NCBI RefSeq assembly: GCF_009914755.1
Contig: NC_060939.1
Source of the DNA: the human T2T-CHM13v2.0 reference genome, Homo sapiens
DNA length: 64,000 nucleotides
Reading direction: 5' to 3' (one strand)
The stretch's first letter is position 1; every line of letters starts with the position of its first letter. Shown one piece after another: positions 48,074 through 61,325 of the stretch. The notes beneath the pieces were generated by a model. That model was not told the origin of the DNA, ran no database searches, and saw only the letters and a program-made list of their open reading frames with translations. The translations under genes were made by a program, and so were the position numbers.

Positions 48074-49086
48074 TTACAATTTGGCATGATTTTGCAGCGG
48101 CTGGTACCGGTTGTTCCTTTCCATGTTTAGTGCTTCCTTCAGGAGCTCTTTTAGGGCAGGCCTGGTGGTGACAAAATCTCTCAGCATTTGCTTGTCTCTA
48201 AAGTATTTTATTTCTCCTTCACTTATGAAGGTTAGTTTGGCTGGATATGAAATTCTGGGTTGAAAATTCTTTTCTTTAAGTTGAATATTGGCGCCCACTC
48301 TCTTCTGGCTTGTAGAGTTTCTGCCGAGAGATCCACTGTTAGTCTGACGGGCTTCCCTTTGTGGGTAACCTGACCTTTCTCTCTGGCTGCCCTTAACATT
48401 TTTTCCTTCATTTCAACTTTGGTGAATCTGACAATTATGTGTCTTGGAGTTGCTCTTCTCGAGGAGCATCTTTGTGGCGTTCTCTATATTTCCTGAATCT
48501 GAATGTTGGCCTGCCTTGCTAGATTGGGGAAGTTCTCCTGGATAATATCCTGCAGAGTGTTTTCCAACTTGGTTCCATTCTCCCTGTCACTTTCAGGTAC
48601 ACCAATCAGACGTAGATTTGGTCTTTTCACATAGTCCCATATTTCTTGGAGACTTTGTTCGTTTCTTTTTATTCTTTTTTCTCTAAACTTCCCTTCTCAC
48701 TTCATTTCATTCATTTCATCTTCCATCACTGATACCCTTTCTTCCAGTTGATCGCATTGGCTCCTGAGGCTTCTGTATTCTTCACGTAGTTCTCGAGCCT
48801 TGGCTTTCAGCTCCATCAGCTCCTTTAAGCACTTCTCTGTATTGGTTATTCTAGTTATACATTCGTCTAAATTTTTTTCAAACTTTTCAACTTCTTTGCC
48901 TTTGGTTTGAATTTCCTTCTGTAGCTCGGAGTAGTTTGATCGTCTGAAGCCTTCTTCTCTCAACTCGTCAAAGTCATTCTCCATCCAGCTTTGTTCCGTT
49001 GCTGGTGAGGAGCTGCGTTCCTTTGGAGGAGGAGAGGCGCTCTGATTTTTAGAGTTTCCAGTTTTTCTGCTCTGTTTTTTCCCCAT
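48074..49086 (-). pseudogene. L1PA3 ORF1 remnant
   Basis: MGKKQSRKTGNSKNQSASPPPKERSSSPATEQSW...; stop after EMNEMK; C-terminus ...QPLQNHAKL. Confidence 0.94.
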
Positions 49087-49665
49087 CTTTGTGGTTTTAT
49101 CTACTTTTGGTCTTTGATGATGGTGATGTACAGATGGGTTTTTGGTGTGGATGTCCTTTCTGTTTGTTAGTTTTCCTTCTAACAGATGGGACCCTCAGCT
49201 GCAGGTCTGTTGGAGTTTGCTAGAGGTCCACTCCAGACCCTGTTTGCCTGGGTACCAGCAGCGGTGGCTGCAAAACAGCAGATTTTCGTGAACTGCAAAT
49301 GCTGCTGTCTGATTGTTCCTCTGGAAGTTTTGTCTCAGAGGAGTACCCGGCCATGTGAGGTGTCAGTCTGCCCCTACTGGGGGGTGCCTCCCAGTTAGGC
49401 TGCTCAGGGGTCAGGAGTCAGGGACCCACCTGAGGAGGCAGTCTGCCTGTTCTCAGATCTTCAGCTGCGTGCTGGGAGAACCACTGCTCTCTCAAAGCTG
49501 TCAGACAGGGACATTTAAGTCTGCAGAGGTTACTGCTGTCTTTTTGTCTATGCCCTGCCCCCAGAGGTGGAGCCTACAGAGGCAGGCAGGCCTCCTTGAG
49601 CTGTGGTGGGCTCCACCCAGTTGGAGCTTCCCCCGCTGCTTTGTTTACCTAAGCAAGCCTAGGCA

Positions 49666-50124
49666 ATGGCGGGCTCCCCTCCCCCAGCCTCGCTGCAGCC
49701 TTGCAGTTTGATCTCAGACTGCTGTGCTACCAATCAGCGAGACTCCATGGTCATAGGACCCTCCGATCCAGGTGCAGGATATAATCTCCTGGTACGCCGT
49801 TTTTTAAGCCCGTCGGAAAAGCGCAGTATTGGGGTGGGAGTGACCCGATTTTCCAGGTGCCGTCTGTCCCCCGTTTCTTTGACTAGGAAAGGGAACTCCC
49901 TGACCCCTTGTGCTTCCCGAGTGAGGCAATGCCTCGCCCTCCTTCGGCTTGCGCACGGTGCGCTGCACCCACTGTCCTGCGCCCACTGTCTGGCACTCCC
50001 TAGTGAGATGAACCCAGTACCTCAGATGGAAATGCAGAAATCACCCGTCTTCTACGTCGCTCACGCTGGGAGCTGTAGACCGGAGCTGTTCCTATTCAGC
50101 CATCTTGGCTCCAGCCTGGAATAA
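49666..50124 (+). CDS. ORF0: L1 antisense ORF0, open and C-terminally extended (152 aa); expression not shown
   Basis: MAGSPPPASLQPCSLISDCCATNQRDSMVIGPSDPGAGYNLLVRRFLSPSEKRSIGVGVTRFSRC matches the primate L1 ORF0 peptide; Kozak gcaATGg. Confidence 0.65.
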   Translation: MAGSPPPASLQPCSLISDCCATNQRDSMVIGPSDPGAGYNLLVRRFLSPSEKRSIGVGVTRFSRCRLSPVSLTRKGNSLTPCASRVRQCLALLRLAHGALHPLSCAHCLALPSEMNPVPQMEMQKSPVFYVAHAGSCRPELFLFSHLGSSLE

Positions 50125-52399
50125 AATATTTGTAAATCACATGTCTGATAAAGGAAAATCCGATAAATTTCTATAGAAATGTATTATATTATTAAGTGAT
50201 TGTAATGGATAATTGAAAATTGAAATAGGAAATACAATTTACAATAGCATCAAGAATAAGAACGTGACAGAAGATGTATATGAACAGTACACTAAAAATT
50301 ACAAAATATTTCTGAAAGAAATTAAAGAAGACATAAACCAATGAAGAGCAATAGCGTGTTCTTGGACCAGAAGATTCATTTTTGTTAAGATGTCAACTCT
50401 CTCCAAATTGATCTATCATTTCCATGCAATCTCAATCAAAATCTCAGCAGGCATTTTTGGAGAAATCAAAAAGGGGAGTCTAAAATTTGTATGGAAATGA
50501 AATGGACCTAAAGGGCCAAAATAACTTTTAAAAAGTGGAGCAAATTCAAGGACTTAATATTATCTTTCAAGATTGTTCCTAAAGCTACAGTAATACAGGT
50601 TGTGTGATGTTGGTATAGAAATAAACGAATACATCAAATGAAATCAAATGGAACAGGTTAGAGAATACAAAATACATCAATACATGCATGAACAACCGAC
50701 TTTTGACAAAAGTGTAAAGCTAACTTACTGGAGAGAGAAGAATGTCTTCAACAAATAGATCTTCATATACAAAAATAACTGTAATCCATACCTTCTACAA
50801 TATACAAATATTAACTGAAAGTGGATCAGAGAACTAAATGTAAAACCTAAAACTCTAAAACTTTTATTTAAAAAAGTAAAAGAAAATCTCTGTGAGATTG
50901 GATTGGGTAAAAATTTACTAGTTACTACAACAGAAGCATAGTCCACAAAAGAAAAAAATTGATATCTTGGACTTGATCAAAATTAACAGTGTCTGTTCTT
51001 TGGGTCATACTGTTAAGAAGATGTAAAGAAGAGTCACAGACTGGAATAAAATATTTGCAAATCACATTTCTGATAAAGGTCTTGTATTCAGAATGTATAA
51101 AGATATAAAATAAACACACACCCATGAAACTATTTTCAAGATAATGAACATATTTGTTATACCTCCAAGTTTTCTTATGCCGTTTGTAATCCCCTCTCAA
51201 CCTTCCCCGTATCCTCCCCATTCCAAGGCAACTACTGTTCTGATTTCCGTCAGTATAAATTAGGTTGCAAAACCCAATATGACAACAAACAACCCAATTT
51301 AAATATTTGGCAAAAGTTTTGAACAGACACTTCACCATAAAGGTATAAAGATGGCAAATAAGCACATGAAAAGATCAGTACTCAACATCATCAGTCCTTA
51401 GGAAATGAAATTAAATTGAAACAACAAAACCACAACGAGTACCTCTACATACCTATTGGAATAGCTAAAATTAAAAAAAAAAAAAAGAAAACAACTACAA
51501 AGCGTTGGTAAGGATGTGGGGCAATTAGAACTCTCAAGCATCACAAACGGGACCGTAAGTGGAACCATAATGCTGGAAAACAATTTGGCACTTTCTTAAA
51601 CACTCAATCATACACTTACCACATCACGCAATCATTTCACCTCTAGGTATGTACCTAACAGAAATTTCCATACAGAAGCTTGTCCAGAAATATTCAGAAT
51701 AGCTTTATTTGTAATAGCCAAAAAGTGAAAGTAACTCAAATATCCACCAACAGATGAATGGATAAACAAAGTGTATTATAGCCATGTAATAAGATAGCAC
51801 TCTGCAATAAAATTGAACTCTTCACATGTACAACACCACAAATGAGTCTCAAAAGTATTATGCTAAAAGAAATCAGCCAGAGAATAAAAACATCACATTC
51901 TATGTTATTCTATTTACATAAAATTTTATAATATGCAACCTAATTTATAGTGATGCAAATCAGAACAGTTGTTGCCTTGGAATGGGGAGGATACAGGGAA
52001 AGTTGAGAAGAGATTACAAAGGGCATAAGAAAACTTGGAGGTATAACAAATACGTTCATTATCTTGAAAATAGTTTCACAGGTGTGTGTTTATTTCAAAA
52101 TTTGTCATATATAAATTTTAATGTTTTAAGTCAGTTTTATTTTATTGCAGTTTATTTTATGTTGGTTATACCTCAATATATCTGTTTTTCTAAATATACC
52201 TCAATATATCTGTTCTTTTCTAAAAAAGAACTTAATCTGTGTTGTGTGTTTTCAGTGTCTAGGACAGGAGAGGAAAACAACTTTATGATGTATTTCAAAT
52301 AGTATATGATGTCTAGATATTATTGCTAAGAACTTTTCTACATTACAGAGTATATGAATCACAATATCATGGTTTCTTGCCATAATAATCCCACAGGAA

Positions 52400-52780
52400 G
52401 ACTTAATATGAGTCAAAAGACTATGATTCTAGTTCTAACTCTGCCATTATCTAACGAGTAGCCTCAGAAATTTTCACATCCCTCCAGGCCTAGTTTCTGC
52501 ATTCTAACATAGAAGCATTGGTCTGGATGAAGAGGCATCAAATTATGCTGTGCTCAGAGGGAGAGAAGAAGGGTGGAAAGAGGACCCAAGCTGGCAAAGC
52601 TACAGGACCCCTTCTCTCTCCCCACCAACCAGTGTGGTTCTGCTTTCTATCAGTTCTATGTAGTAAGTTTGTTCAGAAGATTTATTTTGAAAAAATGGTT
52701 TTCATGGGTTTCAAAAGAAAATTGACAACTGCTGGAGTGGATGACCTCTAAAATCTAAGGTGCTAAATTCTATTATCCTA
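52400..52780 (+). mobile_element. MIR3-like element interrupted by a MER103C-like hAT element (~52530-52734)
   Basis: ttctagttctaactctgcca...ggcctagtttc...ttggtctggatga [insert: caaccagtgtggttctgctttctatcagtt...aagatttattttgaaaaaatggtt] ggatgacctctaa. Confidence 0.6.
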
Positions 52781-53399
52781 ATTAGTAAAATTAAATCTGC
52801 GGCATCCATTGTGATTCTTCGGGAGTAAGCGTTTGTTTGGAAACCTGGTTTTTAGAATGTTAAAGCACTCTCAGAAATCCTCCAGCAGTTTCCTACCCAA
52901 ATCCTTTTGGTATTTTGTTTCGCTCCAAAGTGAACTGGTGCTCTCCCCTGTGTTGATCAGAAGTGTGTTCCCGAGGGTTGGTCGCCCGTGCACAAAAGGG
53001 CAGTGAGCCGTGGGACAGACAATACTTCCGGTGCCTCTGCATGCAGAGAGCCCAGCTGCTGTCCCAGAGCCTCCTCCAGCCACATTTGCTCCTCTGCATT
53101 CTCATGGTGGTTCTCAGGGGCTCTAGAGTTATTCACCAGTGAGTCTAATTCAGAAAATCAGCATTTAGACAACCATGCACCCAAATCTGCTGATTTGTAT
53201 GGGAGTCATGTTTCCCAAGAGACCCCATCTGCCTTGCAGCCTTCACAACTCTTCTTACTGGTTTATTTTTCCTCTAAGATATTTGTACATTGTGTCTGTG
53301 TTCTTTTTAATTCCTCTAATTGCAGTGATTCAGTTTGTTTTTCTAGTGCCCACATCCTTTCCCCACAAACTTGGAGAACTGAAAACATGGAATAGTGGA

Positions 53400-53515
53400 A
53401 AGAAAACTTAGAGTCTAGTTCTGGATTTGCTATACAGCTTCCTCTATGACTTTGGGGGATTCATGTCAGTCTTCTGGACCTCAATTTTCTCATCTTAAAA
53501 TTAGAAAGTTAGATT
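53400..53515 (+). mobile_element. MIR fragment
   Basis: ttctggacctcaattttctcatcttaaaattag. Confidence 0.6.
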
Positions 53516-53752
53516 AGTTTTTTCGAATGTGTATATACTTACTATTGGTGATATAGCAGGTGATTTTAGATTGTCCATAACATATACTTAGTAATTGTAT
53601 TAAATGCATTTATTTTAATGCATATTTAAAAATATTGTTACATCAAACCAGCTTAAAATTGGTATTGATATTTTTAGGTGAATTGATTTAAAGTAAAATA
53701 TCAAGCAAATTCAAGGAGTAACTGGATATGGCAAAAATTGGGAAGATGGTAC
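53516..53752. mobile_element. hAT-Charlie (MER113-like) fragment
   Basis: aggtgattttag...gatatggcaaaaattgggaagatggtac. Confidence 0.5.
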
Positions 53753-53754
53753 AT

Positions 53755-54381
53755 AATAGTGACCTGACCATCTTCCCAATTTTTTGTCTCTATGTTTCAC
53801 AGGAAAACTACGACCCCTAGAATCTTTGATGTTGGATCGGAGCCATGTGCCTGAGTTCTGGCCTAGGAAATGTGAACACAAATCATGTGTCACCCCTGAG
53901 AGAAGCCAGTGAGGATCATCCATCTCTCCATTCTCTCACCACAGCAACTTTGGAAGCTGTGGCATTATCATCATATGGAAAGAGCTTGGAATGAGAACAC
54001 ATGGACACAGGAAGGGGAACAACACACACTGGGGCCTGTGCGGGTAAGGGAGCGAGGGGAAGGAGAGCATCAGGATAAATAGCTAATGCATGTGGGGCTT
54101 AAAACCTAGGTGATGGCTTGATAGGTAGGTGCAGCAAATCACCATGGCACATGTTTGCCTGTGAAACAAACCTGCACATCTTGCACTTGTATCCTGGAAC
54201 TTAAAATTAAATCAAATTAAATTAAAAAAAAAAAAAGAGCTTGGAACCTTGAATCATCAAGGTGGTTGAAAGTGTCCGCCAGCCCAAATTAAACATCTGT
54301 AATTAAGAAAGAAACTTTTGTTTTGTTAAGCCACAGATATTTCTGAATTTACTATTGCAGTTTAGCTTATCTTGACAAATA
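53755..54381 (+). mobile_element. MLT1J-like LTR interrupted by an L1PA 3' end
   Basis: gccatgtgcctgagttctggcc..gaaatgtga ... aagaaacttttgttttgttaagccacagat. Confidence 0.65.
53992..54233 (+). mobile_element. L1PA11-13-like 3' end
   Basis: gagcatcaggataaatagctaatgcatgtggggcttaaaacctaggtgatgg; perfect TSD aaagagcttggaa at 53979-53991 and 54234-54246. Confidence 0.92.
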
Positions 54382-55731
54382 CGAAACATGGTAAGATAAT
54401 CAGGCTCCATCTACCTCTAAAACGCTACATTTTATTCTCTTGTCTCTTCTCTTCTTATTCAGTTTTAACCTATACTTTTTTTTTTTTCTGGCTCTCTAAC
54501 TTCAAGGAAGTCCCTGCTGAACTAATTTGCTTATATTTTGCCCTTCTGACTGTCTCTGTTTTTAGAAGTGGTATTTATTTTAATGATGGCTGTAGTTCTG
54601 GATAACTACATAGAGCCCTCCTCACATCCAAAGAGGACATGGCAATTAGCGTCACTGCCTGTTTGTAGTGCCTTTCTGAATAGCCTTGGGGGACCATCAG
54701 CTCTTTCAGGACACTTATGCATAAAGATAACACTCTGCAGAGCCTCCTTTGCTACTGGCCTCAGTACTTCGAATGGTTTATGATCCTGTTGCCTTGGCTT
54801 GAGAAAAAGCTACTCTTACTGCCTTGTGTCAGACTAGCCAGCCTCTATCTATTGGCTCTCAAAGTCCACAAGCCAGATACATTGTTTGAAGTTGTGCTGT
54901 AGGAAGCTCATCTATCAACTCTGTTTGTAGTATGAGCCATTTTTAAGCTCCAAACAGCTAGAGGATCCTGCATTCTACCTTTATCATATGCCAGAACAGC
55001 CAAGCTGTATGAGGAAAATAATCATTTTAATTCTTGCAAACTGGTTACATTTAGGAACTTTATGTTGATTTGTGTTGTCTCGTTTTGTCATTTAATGGCC
55101 ATAGATTTTTTTTAACTAATTTTTTTCAAGAATTTGGATTGAAAGTCTGGGTCAAGTCACAGCCTCTAATCACTGCCATTGTTCCATATACCTTCGATTT
55201 ATATAGGTAATCTGCCAAGATTTTTTCTGCCTGTATTTCAAAAGATACTAACTTTTAATTCAATTTCTTTCTCTAGTGCTTGATCCATATAGTAAATGCT
55301 CGGGCAGCAGAAATAAGAGGCGGTTTTTAACAATGTAAGCTGATGAAAATTTTTTGATTATATATAGTGTCTTCCTTACTAAGTCAGTATAGAAACCTAG
55401 TCCTCTTAGGGCTCAATTAATATACAAGTGGTAACTCTTCAAATGGTCTAGGAAAGCAGCGGCCTTCACTCTGTTGGCTTGTAAAGGGAATGATTATTGG
55501 TTTGTTATTTATGCCCTAGAAACTTCCAAAAATAATTTGAGAATTTTCTTAGAACTATTAAGTATCATTAGCAATTAAAAACACCATATGTGTGACAATA
55601 CTGAAGTCTGTTGGTAACCACAAAACCATGGAGTTACAGAATGGTGAAAATGGAACAATCAAGTGTACGACTCAGCTCCTTTTTTAACAGATAGAGATGA
55701 GAACACTGGGATCCTAACGGTGACATGCAAT

Positions 55732-58480
55732 TTTATTTTTTATAACAACTTTAAGACATAGTTCATATTTCACATAATTCACTAATTTTAAGTATGCAAG
55801 TCAATGACTTTAAGTATATTCAAAAAGTTGTACAGTCAGTGTTACAACGAATTTTGGAACATTTTCATCATCCCAAGAAGAAGCTCATTTCAACTCTTAT
55901 ATCCCTAGGCAACCATTAATCTAGTTGCTGTCTCTAATAATTTGCCCATTCTAGACACTTCACTGGAATGGAATTCTGCACTATGTGGTCTTTTGTGACT
56001 GGTTTATTTCACTTAACAGATGTTTTTGAGGTTCGCCCATGTTGTAGCATGTAACAGTACATTTTTCCTTTTTAATTATTGAAAAATGTTCTATCATGTT
56101 GATATATCACATTTTGTTCATTCATTCATTCATCCATTGATGGACATGTGGGTTATTTTCACCTTTTGGCTATTATGAACAATGCTGCTATGAACATTCA
56201 CGTATAAGTTTTTGTGTGAGCAAAAGTATTCATTTCTCTTGGGTATATACCTAGGGATAGAATTGCTGAATTATGTGGTAACTCTATATTACCTTGTGAG
56301 GAAACACCAGACTGTTTTCCAAAGCAGCTATGGCCATCCTACATTGCCACCAGCAATGTAAGAGGGTTCCAATTCCTCCATATCTTCACCAACATTTGTT
56401 ATTATCTGCCTTTTCGTTTATGGCCATCTTAGGGTCCATGAAGGGGTATCCCATTGTGTTTAGTATTTTCATTTTCCTGATGGTTAATGACATTGAGCTT
56501 GTTTTCATGCACTGATTTGCCATTTGTATATCTTCTTTGAAGAAATATCTATGTAAATCTTTGGCCATTTTAAAATTAGTTTATTTTTAATTTGATTATT
56601 GAAGGTGTAAGAGACTTTATATATCCTAGACACAGGTTCTCTCATCAGATATATGATTTATAAACATGTTCTCCCATTCGATGGATTGTCTTTTATGTTC
56701 TTTGTGGTATCCTTCAAAGAACAAAAATTTTTAACTTTGCTGAAGTCCCATTCGTCTGTTGTTTTTCTTTTGTGGTTTGTACTTTTGGTTTCAGATCTGA
56801 GAAACCACTGCTCAATACAAACTCATGTTGATTTATGCCTATGTTTTCTTCTAAGAGTTTTACACTTTTAATTTTTACATTTCGGTCTCTGTTTCATTTC
56901 TTACATTTAGTATTTGATCCCCGTTGAGTTAGCTTTTGTAATATTGTGTGAAGCAGGGGTCCAACTTCATGCTTTTGCATGTGACATCCAGTTGTCCCAG
57001 CATTATCTGTTGAAAAGACTATTCTTTCCCTCAATGAAATGTCTTGAAAACCTATCAAAAATCAATTAATCACAAATATTACAGTTATTTCTGGATTCTT
57101 AATTCAATTCCACTGCTCTATACGTCCATCCTTATGCCAGTATCATACTGTCTTGATTACTATAGCTTTGTAGTAAGATATGAAATAAGGAAGTATGAGA
57201 CTTCCAACTATGTTCTTCTTTTTTGAGGTTATTTATTCTTTTAGGACTTTTATAAATGTAATAGTTTCCTTGATTTTATTTTTGCATTGTTTATTGCTGG
57301 TGTATAGAAATACAATATTTTACACTTATTGATCTTGTATCTTGACATTTTGCTTGACATTTTGCTGAAGATTATTTTCTGATTTTCTTCTTAGGATTTT
57401 CTGTTGCAAGTGGTGACTATCTGGGGCTGGTGTCATGAGGGTGGTATAAAGAATTTACCAAAGTGGTTGTAGGTAAATAAAAGCAGATTTATTAGAGAAA
57501 GTATTAAAATATGTTGCAAGGAAGCAATAGGCAGGTCAGCAAGAAGGGAGATAACTGCAAGGAGACAAAAGTTTGTTGGGAATTTTATAGGATGGACCTT
57601 GTGCTGTGTGCTAAATAGGGCTTTGCACAGTACTGATAATGCCAAGGTTGCAGTAAGCTAACTTGCATGTTTCTATCAGCCAAGGTGTCTGGTGATAGCT
57701 AGGCACAGAAAGATTGTGAGTTATTTGCACAGGAGGGCTGTCTGCCCTGGATCATGAAGAAAGGCAGACTTATAGCTTATCTACCTTTTCTTTTTGCCTT
57801 CCCCTGCCCCTGCTAGCTTGACTCATTTTCCCTAATTAGAACTCTACATTTTCTAAATACAGGATTATGTCATCTGCAAATAAAGATAGTTCTGCTTCCC
57901 CTTTTCCGATCTGGATGCCTATTCTTTCCTTTCCTTACCTCTAATTTCCCTGGCTAGAACCACTGACAGTGTTGAATAGAATTAGCAAGAGTGAATATCC
58001 TTATCTTGTTACTAATCTTAAGGGGAAAGCAGTCTTTCTGGAAAAATATGTTTTAATGAGAAATCCTTCACCACTAAATATAATGTTAGCTGTGGGTTTT
58101 TCCTAAAGGCCATTTGTCAGGTTAAGGAAGTTCCCTTCTATTCCTAAGTTGTCTTTTTTTTCATAAAGGAGTGGTGAATTTTGTCAAATGCTTTTACTGA
58201 ATCTTTTGGCATGATTATGTGTTTTTTTTCTATTATTCGAGTCACATAATGTATCACATTAAATAATTTTCAGACATTAAGCCAACCTTGCATTCCTGCT
58301 GTAAACATAATTTGGTCACAGTGCATAATTATTTTTATAAACTGCTGGGTTTGTTTGCTGACTTTTTTCCTGAAGATTTTACATTTATATTCGTAAGAGA
58401 TATTGGTCCATAATTTTCTTTTCCTGTAATGTCTCTCTGGTTTTGATATCAGGACTCATAGAATGAATTGATATTTTATT
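55732..58480 (-). mobile_element. L1MB 3' UTR and ORF2 remnants, interrupted by LTR47
   Basis: L1MB 3' UTR at 55732-56100; antisense ORF2 wording (gggtatatacctagg, cattatctgttgaaaagac, attatgtcatctgcaaat). Confidence 0.85.
57402..57848 (-). mobile_element. LTR47-like (ERVL) solo LTR
   Basis: TG...CA termini, 447 bp, reverse AATAAA (tttatt), gataagctataagtctgcctttcttcatg on the minus strand; TSD ttttc at 57397-57401 and 57849-57853. Confidence 0.82.
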
Positions 58481-58892
58481 TTTAAAGTATGAAAATCCCA
58501 GAAAAAATTTAGACAGTAGGAAAAACTAAAAGTTGGAAAGTGTAAATCTCCTTTCCTGTCCCAAGTTCACTGTGTGTGTGTGGATACACATATATGAGTT
58601 TTATTCATAGTTTTTTTGTGTGTATATACATGTATTTATGTGTGTGGGGGTATTAATTTAGAGGTTTGTAGTTAATAAAATAAAAGCAATTATCTTAGAT
58701 CAGATGGTGTAAATTAACACAATCATCTTCTGATTCTTGGTTTTCAGATTCCCAAACCAATGGACCATACAGGCTCAGGAATCGACATAAATTTTCTAGT
58801 GCCTTGTGACACATTCGTGTAGTCTCTCAAAAATAGGTTGAATGAAATTAGTCTTTTGATGATGAATATTAGATCATCAAGCTTGCTATTAA

Positions 58893-60262
<1,370 letters not shown>

Positions 60263-60289
60263 TTTTGTTTTCATTCTTTGTTAATTTTA

Positions 60290-60740
60290 GAAAATCTCAT
60301 TGAATGAAATAAACAGTGATTTGTGCATAGCTGAAAAGTGATTTATTTACCTAGGAAAGAAACTACTCAAAATTCAGCTCAGGGATACCAAAGAGAAGTT
60401 AAGAGACATTGCAGATATAGTGAGAAGCTCCAATCACATGTTTAATTGAAGCTTTAAAAGAAAAATAAGGAGGGGAAGGAATGAGTGATAAAAGTGAAAA
60501 ATAGAAAGTCTGAGAATTTTCCACAATTGATGAAGCATACAATTCCTTAGACCTAGGAAGTTTAACAAATATCCAGTAGGAAAAAAAATCCATACAACAA
60601 GACATATTGCAGGCAAAGAGAGGATCTTAAATGCAACAGAGAAGAAAAGCCTAATTACCTATACAGCAACATGAATTGGACTAAACAACAACTTCTCAGT
60701 CAGAAGACAATAGAATGTCTTCAAAGTGCCATGTGTGAGA
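60290..60740 (+). mobile_element. Ancient L1M ORF1-region fragment
   Basis: ctgagaattttccacaattgatgaag...aaagagaggatcttaaatgcaacagag...cagaagacaatagaatgtcttcaaagtg. Confidence 0.6.
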
Positions 60741-60888
60741 TATCAACAGTTCAATCCATGGCTTCCTGCACCAAATCTGATCCAGTTCTTTTTCATTGTC
60801 TTCACATATTAAGTGGAAAGATAAGCCTATCTGTTAATGTGATAAAGATCCAGTGCCCATTTGCTATGAAGAAGTGTACTGGGAACAT

Positions 60889-61325
60889 TGTATGAGTTAG
60901 GATGAACAGCTATAACAAACAAGGTCAAAAATTTCAACAAAGTACAAGTTATTTGATTTTTTTTTCATTTAATGGTCAAAGATAATATTCCAAGTCTACA
61001 GGTCATTTTCCTGTATGGGGCTTCTTTCACCTTAGTCCCTGAATTGCCCCATACAGGAAAATGACCTGGCACCTCTAAACCCTTACTAGCAACTGCACCT
61101 ATCAAAGGAAAGGGAAAGAATGTGAGGAAGATACATCCACTCCACTTCTTAAAAGCCTTAGCCTGGAAGGGACACACATCATTTCCACTTACATTTTTTT
61201 TTTTTTTACAAGAACCAATCACATGGAAACAATTAATTGTAAGGCAGGTTGGAAAATATAGTCTAGCTCTGTGGTCAGAAAAAAAGAGGAAACAGTTTTT
61301 AAGCAAACAGCAGTTTTTGCAAACA
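60889..61325 (-). mobile_element. MLT1J/K/L-like LTR containing a perfect inverted repeat
   Basis: tgtatgagttaggat...gctataacaaac ... gcctggaagggacacacatcatttccacttacatt...tcacatgg...ttggaaaatatagtctagct. Confidence 0.7.
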
